From the NCBI RefSeq assembly GCF_963921235.1, contig NC_086097.1, positions 249,924,001-249,988,000 of the forward strand: a stretch of 64,000 bases of DNA, read 5' to 3'. This DNA comes from Mobula hypostoma. Lineage: Eukaryota. The notes below the pieces were generated by a model. The model did not search any database, was not told the DNA's origin, and saw only the letters and a list, made by a program, of their open reading frames with translations. Below, one piece after another: positions 62,465 to 64,000 of this stretch. The position numbers were made by a program, and so were the translations under genes. Each line of letters opens with the position of its first letter. Position 1 is the first letter of the stretch.

Positions 62465-63485
62465 TCTTTTTTTCAAATCTTTTTATTATTATTATCCAAA
62501 ATTAACAAGAGTACATCAAAATAAGCAACACTTACAATGTCTCAAGAAAAAAACCATTATTTTAAAGATTGAAAAAATTTTGGTGATTTAAAAAAAAGAG
62601 AAAAAAAACCCTACTAAGCAAGAAAAAGTGAGGAAAAACCCCCCATTGGGTGTTCAACCCCGAGCCATGTGTCATACAAAAAGCTTATAAAGATAAACAT
62701 CAAGCCGCCAGCAAGAAAAAAAAGTACCAAAAATTTACAATTAGATAATGGAGGAAATCTATCAATTAACTCAAATGATAATAACGAGCAAATGAACCCC
62801 ATCTTTTCTCAAAATCAAACATAGGTTCAAAGGTTCGACTTCTAATTTTCTCTAAGCTAAGACATAGCATCACTTGAGAGAACCGTTGTGACAAAGTGGG
62901 AGCCGATGTATCCTTCCACTTCAACAAAATGGTCCTCCTAGCTATCAATGTAACAAATGCAATAACATGTTGGTCAGACACAGAGATACCACGGATATTT
63001 TGAGGAATTATTCCAAAAAGCACAGTTAATTTGTTAAGTTATAAATTAATTTTAAGTGCTTTAGAAATTGTCAAAAAAACTGACTTCCAGAACTGTTCCA
63101 GTATGGAACAAGACCTAAACATCTGTGTCAGTGTAGCTGTCTCAGTTTTACATCTATCACAATAACTATCAACATTAGGGAATATTTTAGACAATCTCTC
63201 CTTCGTCAAATAGTAACAATGTACAATTTTAAATTGAATCAGTGAATGACTAGCACAGATCGAAGAAGAGTTAACCAGCTTCAGAATCGGCGTCCAATCC
63301 TCCGTCATAAAAGTCAAATTAAGTTCCTTTTCCAAATCTTGTTTAATCTTAGATCAAGGACACTTATCCCATTGTAATAGTAAATTATAAATTCTTCCAA
63401 TGGAACCCTTCATTGAAGAGTTCATACTCATAATAGTACCTAACAGGTCAGCATCCAATATGTAAGGAAAATTACTTAAATATTT
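62465..63485 (-). mobile_element. 5'-truncated L1/Tx1-clade LINE 3' end
   Basis: ORFs 63039..63335 (LIQFKIVH, CDRC...C) and 62766..63023 (ARRTILLKWK, LEKI); T-rich tail. Confidence 0.85.
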
Positions 63486-64000
63486 CTTAACGTTGGGCAG
63501 ACTTACAGGGTCTGTTTTTATCAAGTTTGTGCTAGATCCATCCAGGTGCTGAAATGTATTTCACAATTTGACATAATGTTCTGTGGACATGTTGAGAATT
63601 CATGCACAATAATATGGATGAGAAGGATTATAACTTCTGAGAGAAAGATTATGTATTGTGTTATTGATGAGGTAACTGTTAGCCTGATGATCTTGTGAAC
63701 TCTGGATGGAAAACTTGAGAAACTGCAATGTTAAACAAGGACAACAACTACTTAATGTGGTCTCAGCCCAAAATGTCACCTGTGCAATTCCCTCCATAGT
63801 TGCTGCCTTACCTGCTGTGTTCCTCCAACGTTGTGTGTATGTTGCTCTGGATTTCTAGCATCTGCAGAATCTCTTGTAGTTAATAGTTGCCTTTTTTCAT
63901 GTTTGAAACAGCTGAGTGGAATATAACCTGTGCTTAGAGTTCCATTGTTACTTGTTGGAAAGAATCACATAATTTTTTGAAGCTAACAAGATGCACTTGT

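Overview
Eukaryotic, very repeat-rich vertebrate DNA. The repeat families (CR1, V-SINE/HE1-like, Penelope, Rex1) suggest a cartilaginous fish, probably a ray; this is inference. Two host genes lie in tandem on the + strand. The first is the last six coding exons of DSCC1 (5120-43016; GT-AG introns, phases chain into 230 codons plus stop). The second is the CpG-island promoter and first coding exon of TAF2 (ATG at 57482), whose exon ends at a non-canonical ATAAGT donor-like site. Most of the remaining sequence is transposon-derived: a full-length L1 with a 14-bp TSD, many CR1, Rex1 and RTE fragments, a HERO/NeSL-type 3' end, Penelope-like (PLE) fragments, and Tc1, Harbinger, hAT and Academ-like DNA transposons. 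The most interesting signals are RNA-level. (i) A hammerhead-like motif whose three core strands are in non-circularly permuted order sits in the HERO 3' UTR. (ii) Intact, covarying minimal type I hammerhead ribozymes occur in PLE terminal repeats, repeatedly packaged as small TSD-flanked fold-back insertions. All calls were made by eye; TE boundaries without a TSD or TIR are approximate.
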